Notes: generated by a model from the sequence alone, not told the origin. A stretch of DNA of 64,000 bases from Octopus vulgaris (GCA_951406725.2 OX597834.1:18724001-18788000), one strand, 5' to 3'; positions 11,244 through 25,392 are shown, counted from the first letter of the stretch. A program made the numbers and translations.

Positions 11244-12374
11244 CTCTGTAATAATTGAGAGAAATGTAATTGAGTTTAGACCATTAATATTATATAATCT
11301 AAGATGTTAAAATAGGATTTAAGGAGATTATATTTAAAACGTACAATTTTTTTCATTATAGATACAGACTGAATGACAACTTTTCCAAATATTAACTGAA
11401 AGGCACAAGGAAAAAAATCAATATTGCCTTCGTTTTGGTACTAAATATTTTAATATTTGCATCTTGTGATATTATTTTAATGAGAACAATTCAAAGAATT
11501 TCAGTCGGTGATAGAGGGATCTGGTGAAGAAACGGCCAGTTCATCTCGACTCTATTCAAATATTTTGCTAAATTACAGATGATGGAGTGATTCGTAAGAT
11601 AGAGACAGAGTCACATAAATATGTCGGTTAGAAAGAAAGGTTTAAGTTTTAAAAAATAATAATAATAAAATGTCTACACTTAGTCCAAGGGGTCTGTTTG
11701 CAGAGAAATGTAAGGGTTAAACCAAGAATGCCGTTAGCAAGAGATTGGCGTTAAAGAAAAGAAAGAGCGCAACAAGTCATGCACTTCGTCGACAACTGGG
11801 TCGCAGGGCATTTCGTTAACTAACATCTACAGACGGTTGGTGAATAGTATCTATGTCTGTAGATATATTATGTATATATCTATCTAGTCGTGTGCCCGTG
11901 CATAAACGGTCAGAAGAGGAGGTATTAATCTCATGACATAACAGATCTTTGAAAAATATCAGACGCTGGTTTGAATAAAGTAACCGCCAAACTCTACAGA
12001 AATGGTTTCACTAAACCCTGCAGCAGCCGCCGTCAATTCAATAATTTGTAACAATCAAATGGTTAATTAACAGTCAGTACAATTAATTGCTTGCCAAAAA
12101 ATGATGCTGATGTGGAGGAAATGAAAATATTTCTTTGATGCATTCAGCAGGAGAAGAGAAAAAAAATAAATCGAAGACGCCATTTGATAAGAAATTGCAA
12201 GAATTAGTAATAATTTCAATGGAAATTAATACGTTACATCTATTTTAGAAATTAAGAAGAAAAAAAAAATCATTGAAAAACACCCAAAATTATTTTATTG
12301 CAGTCCCATGAAATGTGCAATACGCAAAGAATGGATTGTGATCCCTCAACACAATAGCATTGACCTTCCCTCCA

Positions 12375-12660
12375 CCGTTCAAAATAATGGGCGCCAACAA
12401 CTACGAGGAATGGTGGATTTGGCGGAAAGTGATCCATAATCTCTACATGGGTAAAAGTAAACAGTGTTAAGAATTCGTATTTAAGAGAATTCTTCAAGGA
12501 CATAGATTTATAATTACGCTTGACCGACCATCATCTGAAAATTTGGCGGGGCGAAATTTGTGATAAAAGTTTTAGTCAGCTGTGTAGACCCGGTGATCGC
12601 TCCCCTCGCCCCACAGACAGGATTCGGTCGGTCGGTCGCCAATGGGGTGACATAACGCCA
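12375..12660. promoter_or_regulatory. Intronic E2F-site cluster
   Basis: GGGCGCCAA at 12389, TTTGGCGGAAA at 12418, TTTGGCGGGGCGAAA at 12542, plus CHR-like TTCAAA at 12378. Confidence 0.55.
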
Positions 12661-14745
12661 CTAATTGCATTAGATATATATATATTATATATATATAATA
12701 TCTAAAAGTAAAATTAGATTAATCTTTTATATTTCAGGAAAGTATAGAACTCTAGTAGCGATGAATGGAAAATTTTGGTGAAGTTTTCGAAAGAAATGTC
12801 CAGAAGCAATAACCAGGGCTAAATTTTAAATTTCGAGGGAAAAGTTTTGAAGAAAAATAGACTTAAAAGTTTTGAATTTAATACAACTGCATCAAAGCTG
12901 CATATGGAATGTATGCAAATGCTATTTAAAGTATGCAATGGCAAAGTTATATATATATAAAGAAAAAAAACTACAAAAGCAACCATAATCACATATACTT
13001 ATGCAACAAAATTATAAAAAAAACTATTTTAATTGTATTTTCAAATATCTTAATTAAATCATCATCATCATTAACGATTTCTTTAAAATTTCTTACATGA
13101 AATCAAATTTAAAATGTTTAAAGAAATATTGAGATTTTCAAGCTTTTCTGAAGTGAAATGAGAAATAAAAAAACAAACAAAAACAATAATAATAATAGTC
13201 AGCAATTATTATGCAGGTCCGAGAAAGTTTAATTAGGTAACGTGGAGGGAAAAAATAAGAAACCCAAACTGTTAACGTATGATGATGGGCGGCGGCGGTT
13301 GGGTATCTACATAAATAAGCCCGGGGTGGCTGAAACACAGCAAAGAACCTCCCTCTCTCCACTTCAGAATTACTAGACTAGAAACATTTAAAAATTAAAA
13401 TTTAATTATAATTCAAAAGGACAATAATATACCTAAGTAATGATTAAATATATATATATATAATAATAATCAAGTGTTTTAAGTGAAGGGGAGAACTTAG
13501 GCCGGCCGAGTTTCTCATCCAGTTCTCTCTCTCTCCCTGATTGTAGTCAGGTAGGATCAACAAGTTTGAAAGCGCCAAAGCTGACAACAAGCGCGCCGAG
13601 CCCTTAACTACTCGACATCAGGAATATGAAAAACCAGGAGCAAAATACCTGGTTATGGCCTGACGACCAAGACATTTGTTTTTATATCAGAAATATACCA
13701 ATATTTACATTTATACGAGACTATTTTATATAGTCTGGCAACTATAAAATAATTCGATGTGCCAATGCAATGATATATATACACATATTAGAAGAAATGA
13801 GGTAATCAGAAGATCGGATGGTTCATATTTACAGATATTTATTTATATATTACATTTTTTTACATATATATATATATCACATCATTCAGATCATTAGCGC
13901 TTTCTCCCATTCTAGTGGGATATATATAGTATATATTCTACTATATATATATATATACTACATACACATTCAAAACAATATCACTTGTCATATACATACA
14001 TATATAAAACATCAAAATACGGGATTCAACAATCATCAATTTAAATGTGTTTATATCAGGCTTGATATTTAAAGAGCAATGTATAATATTTTCAAATCAC
14101 AATCGCTGTAAACAGTTATAAATGCTATCATAAATAAAATAGATCAACCTTGATGATTCCCGTTTCTGAATATAAATAATATATGGGTGTTTTATATTAA
14201 AGACCATACAAATCATAGTTTATACTATTCAAAGCTTTACTAGTGATTTACATTTGTCAGTTACAATTTCAAGTTAGCATTAATCTAGCTATATAACCTC
14301 AACCATTATTAATCGGTTGTAATCTAAAGCTTATTTTACAAATTTACCATTGTTTAGATTACTTAAATTACACCAAGTCAAGAAATTTTAGGACACAGCC
14401 AACTAAAAAATAAAAAAAAGGGGGGTGAGGTTTAGTCCGTCCACAAAAATTAACCGTGAAGGACTCATAATCTCATTTCAAATAAGTTACACATGTTGAT
14501 CTCATCGACTAAGACTGATATTTATAGAGAAAAGGGAAATAATAACTGACATACATATCTCGCCTTCAAAGGACATTAACACCTAACTGAAATGGAATCG
14601 AAACCGGGTCGATGACTTTTAAAGGACCATTATGTACACCTTCGTATTCTCGTAATTATATAATGATAGTGTCTGGTTAATTGCGATCGGTCACGATAAT
14701 GATATTGGAGAGGAATGAAAAGAGAATAATAAAGATAAATCTTAC

Positions 14746-15030
14746 CGTCTCGGTTAAGATTGAACCGCTGCCAACAGAATTTACATCTACGATCTACCCA
14801 CAAACACAGCAATTTCCACACGGTATGAAGGATTGAAGTGACATCGAACAAGAGAAAAAAATAGACCCCCGTTTGGATTATAAAGAAGAGAAATGTATGT
14901 ATGTATGTATGAACGTTAAAAAGACAAAACCCTAAAGAAGAAGAAAGCACAGATGACTAAAAAAAACCAGGTCTGCAAAAAAAAGTTTTGGTGGGTTTTG
15001 CAAAAGTTGTGTCGTAAAAGCCACACAGGA
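14746..15030 (-). other. E2F7/8: Probable non-coding first exon of E2F7/8 (5' end approximate)
   Basis: CG|GTAAGA donor at 14745, just downstream of the promoter-like motif cluster; the first coding exon begins with an acceptor, so an upstream exon is required. Confidence 0.5.
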
Positions 15031-15044
15031 CAGAAATAAACTCT

Positions 15045-15575
15045 AATTAAAATTGGCGCGCAGCGTTTGTACGAGGCCGGGTCAGCCCTCTCTTCTCGGC
15101 TACTTAAACAATTGACCAATCAGCGAGCTCGGCGCCGACTTTGATTGACAGTGCTGTGACCAATAACAATACAGCTGTGCCCGCGTGTCGTCATTGCAGC
15201 ATACCTATACATAGTCTCTGTAGTAACTTTCTGTCATCCTCTCTCTCTCTCTATTCTGACATGCCACTACACGCCGACTACATTTCTTAACATGCAGAAA
15301 CAAATGAAGATTCTCTCTGCCTCTCTCTCTCTTTACATTATATATATATATATATATATATATCTACACACATATATATATATATATCTACACATACACA
15401 CACGTATTTTTTTGTCGGTTCCACGTTTTTTAAAGGGAGGAGGGAAGGGAAAGAAAACAACAGTAGATATGTTTCAAAAGTAGATCACGAGCCCCGGTCA
15501 CGTTTGTTGTATCTCCAAACTCGTATTTCCCGCGATAATTGGATGGCTACCGCCTTGATTCCCCGCCAAATTTTA
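15045..15575 (-). promoter_or_regulatory. Putative E2F7/8 promoter with NF-Y (CCAAT) boxes and E2F sites
   Basis: CCAAT at 15116 and 15160; TTGGCGCG at 15053; TTTCCCGC at 15526; TTCCCCGCCAAA at 15559; CpG-rich and free of SINEs. Confidence 0.65.
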
Positions 15576-16464
15576 CCATTTTTAAATCCATCACATCATA
15601 TCACTACATCTTTACGACTTCATATGTCATCAGTTCATGTTACAAAGCGTTTTTACAGTTGCTTCGACAAATCGATGCTATTTAATGCCATTAATAATCA
15701 CTTGGAAGACAAATACGTGATGTATCTATTAACAATGTGATTTCATTACACCGATGTTTTACAGAGTTTCAATAAGTTTTTTCACCACTTTCCTATCATT
15801 TTAATTATGAAGAAATAAACAGATTATAAATAAATATTTGTTTCTTAACTAAAAAAAAAATGTTTATATATTAAATATACATTTCAAAGACGTTTTCTGC
15901 AGTTTGCAATTAGTTTGTTAAATACAAGTACTATTTCGATTGATTTTCTTCGTATAAGTTGTTTTAATTTTCACACAAGTTTTTCTTTCTTTCAGTGAAT
16001 ACCTAAAACTAGCATAAGTTCAAATTTAAGATTTGTTCTTATCAGCAACATTCACATCCCTGAAGACTGCATCTTTGGAATCGCTTCGACAACGTTCCTC
16101 AAAATAACATTAATTTCTTTTGCAGGCTCTCCTTTTGATATAGTTAGAAAGTATATTTTCACAATGTCAGAATGTAGAGAAAATACTGCATCTAACCTGT
16201 GTTAACCAACTTATTCTATTATATACATAGACAAACGAACGCATTGGCATTGATTTCGAAATAAGATACTGCACGTTCAAAATTTCATATATGTGTCTGT
16301 GTGTGTGCCTGTGCGCGCGTGTTTCTAAGTTAAACATTATTTAAATGCCAATAGATTTCTGCTGAAAAAATACTTCCATTTCAAGAAATTTAGTGAACAG
16401 ATTTTAGTTCTCACAGTCCACCTCTAGTATTTCACCCTTTCTTTCTCCTCTCTCTCTCCAGTAT

Positions 16465-16484
16465 GCATATACATACATACATAC

Positions 16485-16527
<43 letters not shown>

Positions 16528-16840
16528 CACACACACACACATATATATATATATACACACACACACATATATATATATACACACATATATATATATACAC
16601 ACACACACATATATATATATACACACATATGTATATATATACACATATATATATATATACACACATATGTATATATATACACAAACATATATATATACAT
16701 ACATATATATATATATAGTGTGTGTGTATGTATGTACAGGAGACATAGAACACAAATCTAGTTAGACAAAAATGTGTACATGTATGTGTGTATAGCCTAT
16801 ATATATGTGTGTGTGTATATATATAAAACTTAGATATATA
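16465..16840. repeat. Compound (TA)/(CA) microsatellite
   Basis: Seen directly. Confidence 0.95.
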
Positions 16841-17300
16841 CATGTCAAATATAGTACACCTTAATTTGTCTCACTCCAGCCATATCATTACTAAAATGCC
16901 TCAACAGTCACATAGGCCAACATGATATAAAATGGAACAGAACTGAAGGAGTTGGCAATATCACAATCAAAATATGACAAAATATATACATACACATGCA
17001 AGTCTAACTCTGTGTATGCATGTATGTGTGTGTGTATATATATATAAAATTAATGTTTAATTATTATTAAGTATTATCATCATCATCATTTAGCGTCTGC
17101 TTTCCATGCTAGCATGGGTTGGACAGTTCAACTGGGGTCTGGGAAGCCAGAAGGCTGCACCAGGCCTAGTCTGATCTGGCAATGTTTCTACGGCTGGATG
17201 CCCTTCCTAACGCCAACCACTAAATTTATATATATATATATAATCAGTCAATAGTTGATAAATCTGTAAAGTAGTACTCTCTAAAACTTTAGAGCAGTAA

Positions 17301-17466
17301 TACTTGAAAGGTTGCTGGTTCTAGCTGGTCAGAGAGTGACCATTGGATTTGCAGTTATAGAGAGTTTATGTGCTTCTGACCAACATGTATGACAAGTCTC
17401 CTAAATCAAGAACTTTATTGGTGCGAAAACAAAGGTCACAACCTGACCAGCAACCTTTTAAGTGTA
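17301..17466. mobile_element. Small MITE, probably Tc1/mariner-type
   Basis: TIRs ACTTGAAAGGTTGCTGGT / ACCAGCAACCTTTTAAGT, flanked by TA. Confidence 0.55.
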
Positions 17467-17508
17467 TGTGTATATATATATATATATATACATATATATG
17501 GCATATAT

Positions 17509-17539
<31 letters not shown>

Positions 17540-18252
17540 CATATATATATGGCAACTGCCATGAAAAGCACCATCCGATCGTGGCCGTTTGCCAGCCTCG
17601 TCTGGCACGTAAAAAGCACCCACTACACTCACGGAGTGGTAGGTGTTAGGGAGGGCATCCAGCTGTAGAAACATTGCCAGATCAGACTGGGCCTGGTACA
17701 GCCTTCTGGCTTCACAGGCCCCAGTTGAACCGTCCAACCCATGCCAGCATGGAAAGTAGACGCTAAACGATGATGATGATGATATATGCTAAAGAAGGTT
17801 GTGTAAGGTATTGTTATACCTCACAATGCTTCACAAAAAACTACCTCATTAAATACACATATAGAGAGAGATACACAAATCATCATCATTTAACATATGT
17901 TCATATATATGTGGAAGTGTGTGTGGCCTTGTGCTTAGGGTGTTGCACTTGTGTATTTGCGGTTTCAATTCCTGAACTGGGCAGTGCATTGTGTTCTTGA
18001 GCAAAACACATAATTTCCTGTGGCTTCAGTCCATTTAGCTATGAGTTACCTGTTTAGTGGGGATGTAACCTCACTCACTTATATGCCACAGGCTCACCTA
18101 TCCTGTGGGGTGGCATCATTTGAAAGGCACAACACTGCAAGGAAGCACATTGTAATTGGAATTGTGTAACAACGTCTGAGAGTCTGGTCAATACCATGAT
18201 ATACAGGGTGTGGCAGAAGTAACACCCTTTTTATTTGGTAATTTTTATAGTA

Positions 18253-18622
18253 CTCTTTTATTTGTTTCACTCATTTGACTGCGGCCATGCTGGAGCACCG
18301 CCTTTAATCGAGCGACTCGACCCCGGGACTTATTCTTTGTAAGCCCAGTACTTATTCTATCAGTAACTTTTGCCGAACCGCTAAGTGACGGGGACATAAA
18401 CACACCAGCATCGGTTGTCAAGCAATGCTAGCGGGACAAACACAGACACACACATACATATATATATATATATACGACGGGCTTCTTTCAGTTTCCGTCT
18501 ACCAAATCCACTCACAAGGCTTTTGTCGGTCAGAGGCTATAGTAGAAGACACTTACCCAAGGTGCCACGCAGTGGGACTGAACCCGGAACCATGTGGTTT
18601 GTAAGCAAGCTACTTACCACAC
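18253..18622 (-). mobile_element. SINE family A copy
   Basis: Near-identical to 428-827. Confidence 0.85.
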
Positions 18623-19077
18623 TATACTTGGTAAATTTTTATTGCACAAAAATTTATTACAATACTCTTTTATTTGTTTCAGTCATATGACTGTGGCCAT
18701 GCTGGAGCACCGCATTCATTTCCAATAGTCTGTAAACATATCTGAACACGAGGAAATGTTACCTTGCTTAGAAATAGGTGAGGGTTGATGACACGGCGGG
18801 GCATCCAGCTGTAGATAATCTGTCTCAATACATTTTGTTCCTCCCATGACCATCCATACATACATACATACAGGTATATCCTTCATAGCCAATCCCCACT
18901 TCCTCTCACACATAATTCTGGCAAATCTCTACCACGATCCCTAGCACCCACTGCGGGTTCCTCCAATTCCTCTTACCATCACTTACTGTCTCTAAGCATC
19001 TCTCCTCATACTCTTATGGAACATCATCTTCTCTATCCCATCTGTGCTACTTATTCTCCCCACCTGTGGGTAGGCCC

Positions 19078-19255
19078 TCTCTCTCTCTCACACACTATAT
19101 CTTTCTCTTTAACTCTCTCCCTCTCTCACTATATATTTCTCTTTAACTCTCTCACTATATCTTTCTCTTTAACTCTCTCCCTCTCTCCTTCCTTGACCTA
19201 CTGGGGTAGCCAAGTATCTCCTCTGTAACAAGACAGCTCTCTCTCACTGTCTTTA

Positions 19256-19286
<31 letters not shown>

Positions 19287-19410
19287 TACTGTCTCTCTCT
19301 CTTTCTGTCTGCCTGTCTCACTCTTTCTCTGTCTGTCTCACTCTTTCTCTGTCTGTCTCACTCTTTCTCTGTCTGTCTCACTCTCTCTCTGTCTGTCTGT
19401 CTCTCTCTTC
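19078..19410. repeat. (CT)-rich tract with 20-bp tandem units
   Basis: Repeats of CTCTTTCTCTGTCTGTCTCA at 19321-19400. Confidence 0.9.
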
Positions 19411-20014
19411 TTCCCTCACAAGGCTTTGATCAACACTTGTCCAAGACACCACATACAGAGAATTGAACCCAAAACCACATGCTTGCAAACCACACAGCCA
19501 TGCCTGTGCTTAGGCATCTCTGTACAGCAAGCATTTCATCCAATGTTGCCAACAGCAAATTATGACAGCAGCAGACATTGGTATTCTTGTGAAAATAGCT
19601 AGAATTACTGATTAAGTATGAGTAAGTCTTGAGCATTATGAGATGAATATTTTTGGCTACACAATGTCCATGGGGCATAGATGAAATATAATGGATCAAG
19701 TGGTGGGTGGGCCAATGAATTTTTTTTTTTTATTGAATTATGACCAACAGTTGATGGCATTGAAAAGCAGAAAAGATGAAATATAAAATCAAAACTGGCT
19801 TTTATAATGCCCTGTTGTATATATTGTGTTAATATATGAAAAATATGCTAGAGACAAAATTATTTCTTTTATGCATTTATATATTTTTTTTTTACTTGTG
19901 ATTTTAACGCATAAATGGGTTTAATGCATAAAAAACCACTGAATATATATATAATGTATACAGGTATAAACGTATGTTTGTACATCTGTATTTACATATA
20001 CATATATATATCTA

Positions 20015-20480
20015 TCATCATCATCATCATCATCATCATCGTTTAACGTCCGCTTTCCATGCTAGCATGGGTTGGACGGTTTAACTGGGGTCTGGGAAGC
20101 CAGAAGGCTGCACCAAGCCCAGTTTGATCTGGCAGTGTTTCTACAGCTGGATGCCCTTCCTAACACCAACCACTCCGTGAGTGTAGTGGGTGCTTTTTAC
20201 GTGCCACCGGCACAGGTGCTAGATGAGGCTGGCAAACGGCCACAATCGGATGGTGCCTTTTATGTGCCACCGGCACGGAGACCAGACGAAGCTGCCAACG
20301 GCCACGATCGGATGGTGCTTTTTACGTGCCACCGGCACGGAGGCTGGTCAGGGTGGCGCTGTCTACGGCCATGTTCGGATGGTTCCCTTATGTGCCACCA
20401 GCACTGGTATCACAGCTACAAATTCCATTGATGTTAATCGAATGCGATTTTGATTTTCACTTGCCTCAACAGGTCTTCAC
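20015..20480 (-). mobile_element. SINE-like family C with (GAT)n tail and internal tandem GGCACGTAAAAAGCACC units
   Basis: Tail CCAACCCATGCTAGCATGGAAAGCGGACGTTAAACGATGATG; other copies at about 1233, 17076, 17530, 25730, 29512, 41383, 41879, 47478 and 63215. Confidence 0.8.
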
Positions 20481-20581
20481 ATATATATATCTATATATAC
20501 ATATATTTTTATTAGTATTTGGTAGAAATAACAGTGACTCAAAGGTCATGAGTTTCATGTGTTAGCTCTTATATATACATA

Positions 20582-21200
20582 TCTTTTATCATTTATTTGT
20601 TTCAGTCTTATACTGCACCATGCTGGGGCACCGCATCACAGAACTTTGCGTCAAATGAATCGATATCAGTACTTTATTTAAGCCCTGTTCTTATTCTGTT
20701 AGTCCCTTTTGGTAAATTGCTAGGTTAAGAGGATGTAAACAAGTGATGGAGGGGGACTAACACAGACCCATGACACACACGCATACATATATATATATGT
20801 ATATAATGATGGGCTTCTTTCAGTTTCTATCAATCAAGTCCACTCACAAGGAATTTGGCCAGCCCGATGCTATAGAAGAAGACACTTACCTAAGGTGCCA
20901 TGCTGTGGGACTGAACCCAGAACCATGTGGTTAAGAAGCAAGGTCCTTACCACACACACACAAACACACTCATATATATATATATATAATCTTTTTACTT
21001 GTTTCGGTCACTTAACTGTGGCCATGCTGGGGGCACTGCCCTGAACAGTTTTTAATCAAACAAATCAACCCTAGGACTTATTTTTTTGAATCCTAGTACT
21101 TATTCTATTGGTCTCTTTTTGCCAAACCACTAAGTTATGAAGAGGTAAACACACCAACATCGGTTGTCAAGCAGTGGTGGGGGACAAACACAGACACAAA
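20582..21200 (-). mobile_element. Two diverged SINE family A copies in tandem
   Basis: Tail and body similarity to family A at about 20582-20955 and 20990-21200. Confidence 0.7.
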
Positions 21201-21244
21201 GCCACACATACATACATATATGCAAATTATATATATATATTTAT

Positions 21245-21546
21245 GGAGGCACAATGGCCCAGTGGTTAGAGCAGCGGACTCGCGGTTGTAGGATCATGGT
21301 TTCGATTCCCAGACCAGGCGTTGTGAGTGTTTATTGAGCGAAAACACCTAAAGCTCCACGAGGCTCCTGCAGGGGGTGGTGCCGATCCTTGCTGTACTCT
21401 TTTGCCACAACTTTCTCTCACTCTTTCTTCTGTAGGCCTGCTCGCTTAGCCAGCGGGGTGGCGTCATTTGAAGGCTAAAACAGGGCATAGCACATTGTGA
21501 CCAGCGACATGTAGCAACATCTGATAGCCTGGTCGGTCATGGTGAT
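21245..21546 (+). mobile_element. tRNA-derived SINE, a further family (diverged relative at about 17913-18200)
   Basis: A box TGGCCCAGTGG, B box GGTTTCGATTCC; shared GGGGTGGCRTCATTTGAA tail block. Confidence 0.65.
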
Positions 21547-21814
21547 ATATATTTATATATACACACACACACATACACAATAGACTTCTGTCATTATGCT
21601 ACCCACCTATCATCCTCTACATGCATCACATATCTATACCATGTATCTTGTACATGCATCTCAGTCATGTTCTCAGTTTTTTTCTCAGCTCATCTTTGCC
21701 TTCTCAACTAAGCAAACTAAATTTACGCATCCGGCAGAACATGCTTGCTTCATTTCATTCCTGATTTTTGCATATTCCCTAAATTCACTGCCTACGTCTC
21801 TCTACTATCTAGTA

Positions 21815-22392
21815 TCTATTTCTTTACTACCCCCAAGGGGCTAAACACAGAGTGGACAAACAAGAACAGACAAGGGGATTAAGTCGATTACATCGACCCC
21901 CGAAAGGAAGAAAGGAAAAGTCGACCTCGGCGGAATTTGAACTCAGAATGTAATGGCAGAGGAAATACGGTTACTCAATTAGTCCGACGTGCTAACGTTT
22001 CCGCCAGCTCGCATACATCAGGTTACTTAGAAGCCACCAAACTACTTACTGTGATACCCTGCGAAAAGCCTTCTCCAGATCAGTAAATACCAAGCGGAGA
22101 ACTAAAAACCGTTTTTGCATTTGTCTCACTAAGAAATGAGCACCGGTCATACCACAACCTACATCTTATTTCCTTATTGCCCACAAGGAGCTAAACATAG
22201 AGGGCTCAAACAAGGACAGACAAATGGATTAAGTCGATTACATCGACCCCAGTGTGTAACTGGTACTTAATTTATCGACCCCGAAAGGATGAAAGGCAAA
22301 GTCGACCTCAGCGGAATTTGAACTCAGAACGTAACAGAAGACGAAATACGGCTACGCATTTCGACCGGCGTGCTAACGTTTCTGCCAGCTTG
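21815..22392 (-). mobile_element. Two SINE family B copies (about 21815-22011 and 22165-22392)
   Basis: Reverse-complement matches to 2800-3031. Confidence 0.8.
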
Positions 22393-22510
22393 CTTAGGTT
22401 GCAACCTTCAATAGATAGGTCTAGGGAGTGGAGAGACAGTCAGAAGGATGCAGAGAGAATTACAAGGATAGAAAGGACCAGTGCAGTTGCTTATACTAAA
22501 GCCTAATAGA

Positions 22511-22884
22511 GGGAGTGGCTGTGTGGTAAGTAGCTTGTTTACCAACCACATGGTTCCGGGTTCAGTCCCACTGCGTGGCACCTTGGGCAAGTGTCTTCTA
22601 CTATAGCCTCGGGCCGACCAAAGCCTTGTGAGTGGATTTGGTAGACGGAAACTGAAAGAAGCCCGTTGTATATATGTGTTTGTGTGTCTCTGTTTGTCCC
22701 CCTAGCATTGCTTGACAACTGATGCTGGTGTGTTTATGTCCCCGTTACTTAGCGGTTCGGCAAAAGAGACCGATAGAATAAGTACTGGGCTTACAAAAGA
22801 ATAAGTCCCGGGGTCAAGTTGCTCGATTAAAGGCGGTGCTCCAGCATGGCCGCAGTCAAATGACTGAAACAAGTAAAAGAGTAA
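22511..22884 (+). mobile_element. SINE family A copy
   Basis: Full head-to-tail match. Confidence 0.85.
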
Positions 22885-23142
22885 ATGAAGGTGGACTGGT
22901 AAGGGGAAGTGTGCAACAGGGTAAGGGTAAGGGTAAAACCAAAAAGGTTAAAAGATGTGATGCATGTGTGAAAGGGATCAGCAGAAAGTGAATTCTGTAT
23001 GCTTGGCAGGGTACAAAATATCTCAGCCTCTAAAAATTTGGCTCAACAAATCCTGTCTGAATCAAGCAAGCATGAAAAAAATAAATGTCAAAATGATAAT
23101 TAATGAATATATGTGAGTGTGCACATATGTATGCATACATTC

Positions 23143-23180
<38 letters not shown>

Positions 23181-23499
23181 CTCTCTCTTTCGGAGAGGCA
23201 CTGAGCAGCTATACACACACGGCAGTAACTTCCACCTACCGAATTCAATCACAAAGCTTCGGTCGACTCGGGGCAATAGTGGAAGACACCTACCCAAAGT
23301 GCCACGCAGTGGGACTGAACCCGAAACCATGTAGCTAGGAAGCAAGCTCCCTAACCACACAGCCATGCCCGCGCCTACGATATATATATATATTATATGA
23401 AAACAGATAGATAGACAGATAAATAGATATGTAGGCAGGTAGATAGATGGGTAGATATATAGATTGATGGATAAATAGGTAGAAAGATAGGTACTCAAC

Positions 23500-23526
23500 T
23501 GTGAATGTGTGTGTTTTTGTGTATAT

Positions 23527-23572
<46 letters not shown>

Positions 23573-24084
23573 TTAATGTATATATATATGTGTATATATA
23601 TATGTGTGTATATATATGTGTGTATATATATATGTATGTATATATATATGTATGTATATATCTATATGTATGTATGTATATATATATGTATATATCTATA
23701 TGTATGTATGTATATATATATATATATATGTATGTATATATATATATGTATGTATATATATATGTATGTATGTATATATATATATATATATATATAATAA
23801 TAAATATTAGGGAATAAATCCAAATTTACAGGGAAAAAATCAGATTTAGGATTAAATCCAATTTTATAGTAAAATATTATATAATATTAATTGAAACTGA
23901 TTTGAAAATCGGAAATCCACCTGAAGATTGTCGTTCAAGACATGTAACAATTGTAGTGGCGGTTTTTTTACTTTTTATTAAAATTTTATGTATTGATTAA
24001 GTCTTTTCTTGTTTGTTTTGCAAAATAGTGGTTTTGTCTCTAATTAATATTATATATATATATGTATATATATATATATGTATG

Positions 24085-24135
<51 letters not shown>

Positions 24136-24140
24136 GTATG

Positions 24141-24172
<32 letters not shown>

Positions 24173-24182
24173 CGTAGGTATG

Positions 24183-24215
<33 letters not shown>

Positions 24216-24230
24216 ATATATATATATAAT
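23500..24230. repeat. (TA)/(TATG) microsatellite arrays around a unique island
   Basis: Seen directly. Confidence 0.95.
23917..23959 (+). ncRNA. Minimal type-I hammerhead motif with one core substitution
   Basis: CCAC-CTGAAGA-TTGTC..GACAT-GTAAC-AATT-GTA-GTGG. Confidence 0.6.
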
Positions 24231-25259
24231 GAGTTTGTTTTAGACAGTGCTCAGATACAGTACAATACATGTATATTTACATGCATGTATGGTCTGTATG
24301 TATTCCTACTGTTATGTGTATGTGTCTTGATATTTTTGGGTATTTACACATACACACACACACACACACATTATTAGCCTGGATGAATGGTTTGTATAAA
24401 ACCAAAAAAAAAAAATGCATATCAAAAGCATTAAAGATCAAAGGTGAGAGGTCAGATCACACAGGAGGACGAGGTTAATAGGTTACTATTTACATAAATC
24501 TATTGGGTGAGAACCACGACTCCTTTCATAGTAGCAAGATTAGGCTCCAGCATGGATTCTCTGACTGTTCAAAAATAATTGAAACCATTTTACATACGTC
24601 AGTTTATTTTAAATGTTCTAAGACAAACAGGGGTCAACCGTAATTGTGTTAGAAAGCAGAACAGGCCATTATTTTTGTCTATCAAGAATGCAGTAAACTG
24701 GAAGAACTATAATCACATTGGACAAAATGCTAAGTGGCATTTCTTTCAGTTCTTTACATTCTGAGTTCAAACTCTGCTGAAGTCACCTTTGCCTTTCATC
24801 CTTTCAGGGTCAATAAAATAAGTACCAGTTGAATACTGGGGTTGATGTAATCGATTAGCCCCCCTGCCCAAATTTCAGGCCTTGTGCCTTTAATTGAAGG
24901 GATGATTATTATTATTGTTATTATTATTATTATTATTATTAAAATGGCAAATTGGCAGAATTGTTAGTGAGCTGGATAAAATGCTTTAAGACATTTCTTC
25001 CAGCTTTATGTTGTGAGTTTTCAAGGACGATAAAATACGTACCAGTTATGCACTGGGGTTGATGTAATCAATTGGTCACCTCTCTGCAAATATCAGGTCT
25101 TGTGCATGCAGTAGAAAGGATTATTATTATTATTATTATTAATATTATTAAATAAATGAAACTCTTGGTCTTTGAGGTACTTTTCTAACTTTCTGCCAAT
25201 AAAAAAGTATATATATAAATATATCTACATCAATAGATATATATTCATACATATGTATA

Positions 25260-25296
<37 letters not shown>

Positions 25297-25392
25297 CGGG
25301 AAGCTTTATGGAAATAAACAAAAGACGAAGGCAGGTGGAATACAAACAAACAATTCTATTAGTATGGCGCTCAGGAATATAAATAAAACAAG

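Noticed and set aside
20180-20410. Regularly spaced GTGCTTTTTACGTGCCACCGGCAC repeats resembling a CRISPR array
   Set aside because: The spacers resemble each other, the units are internal to SINE family C, the context is eukaryotic and there are no cas genes.
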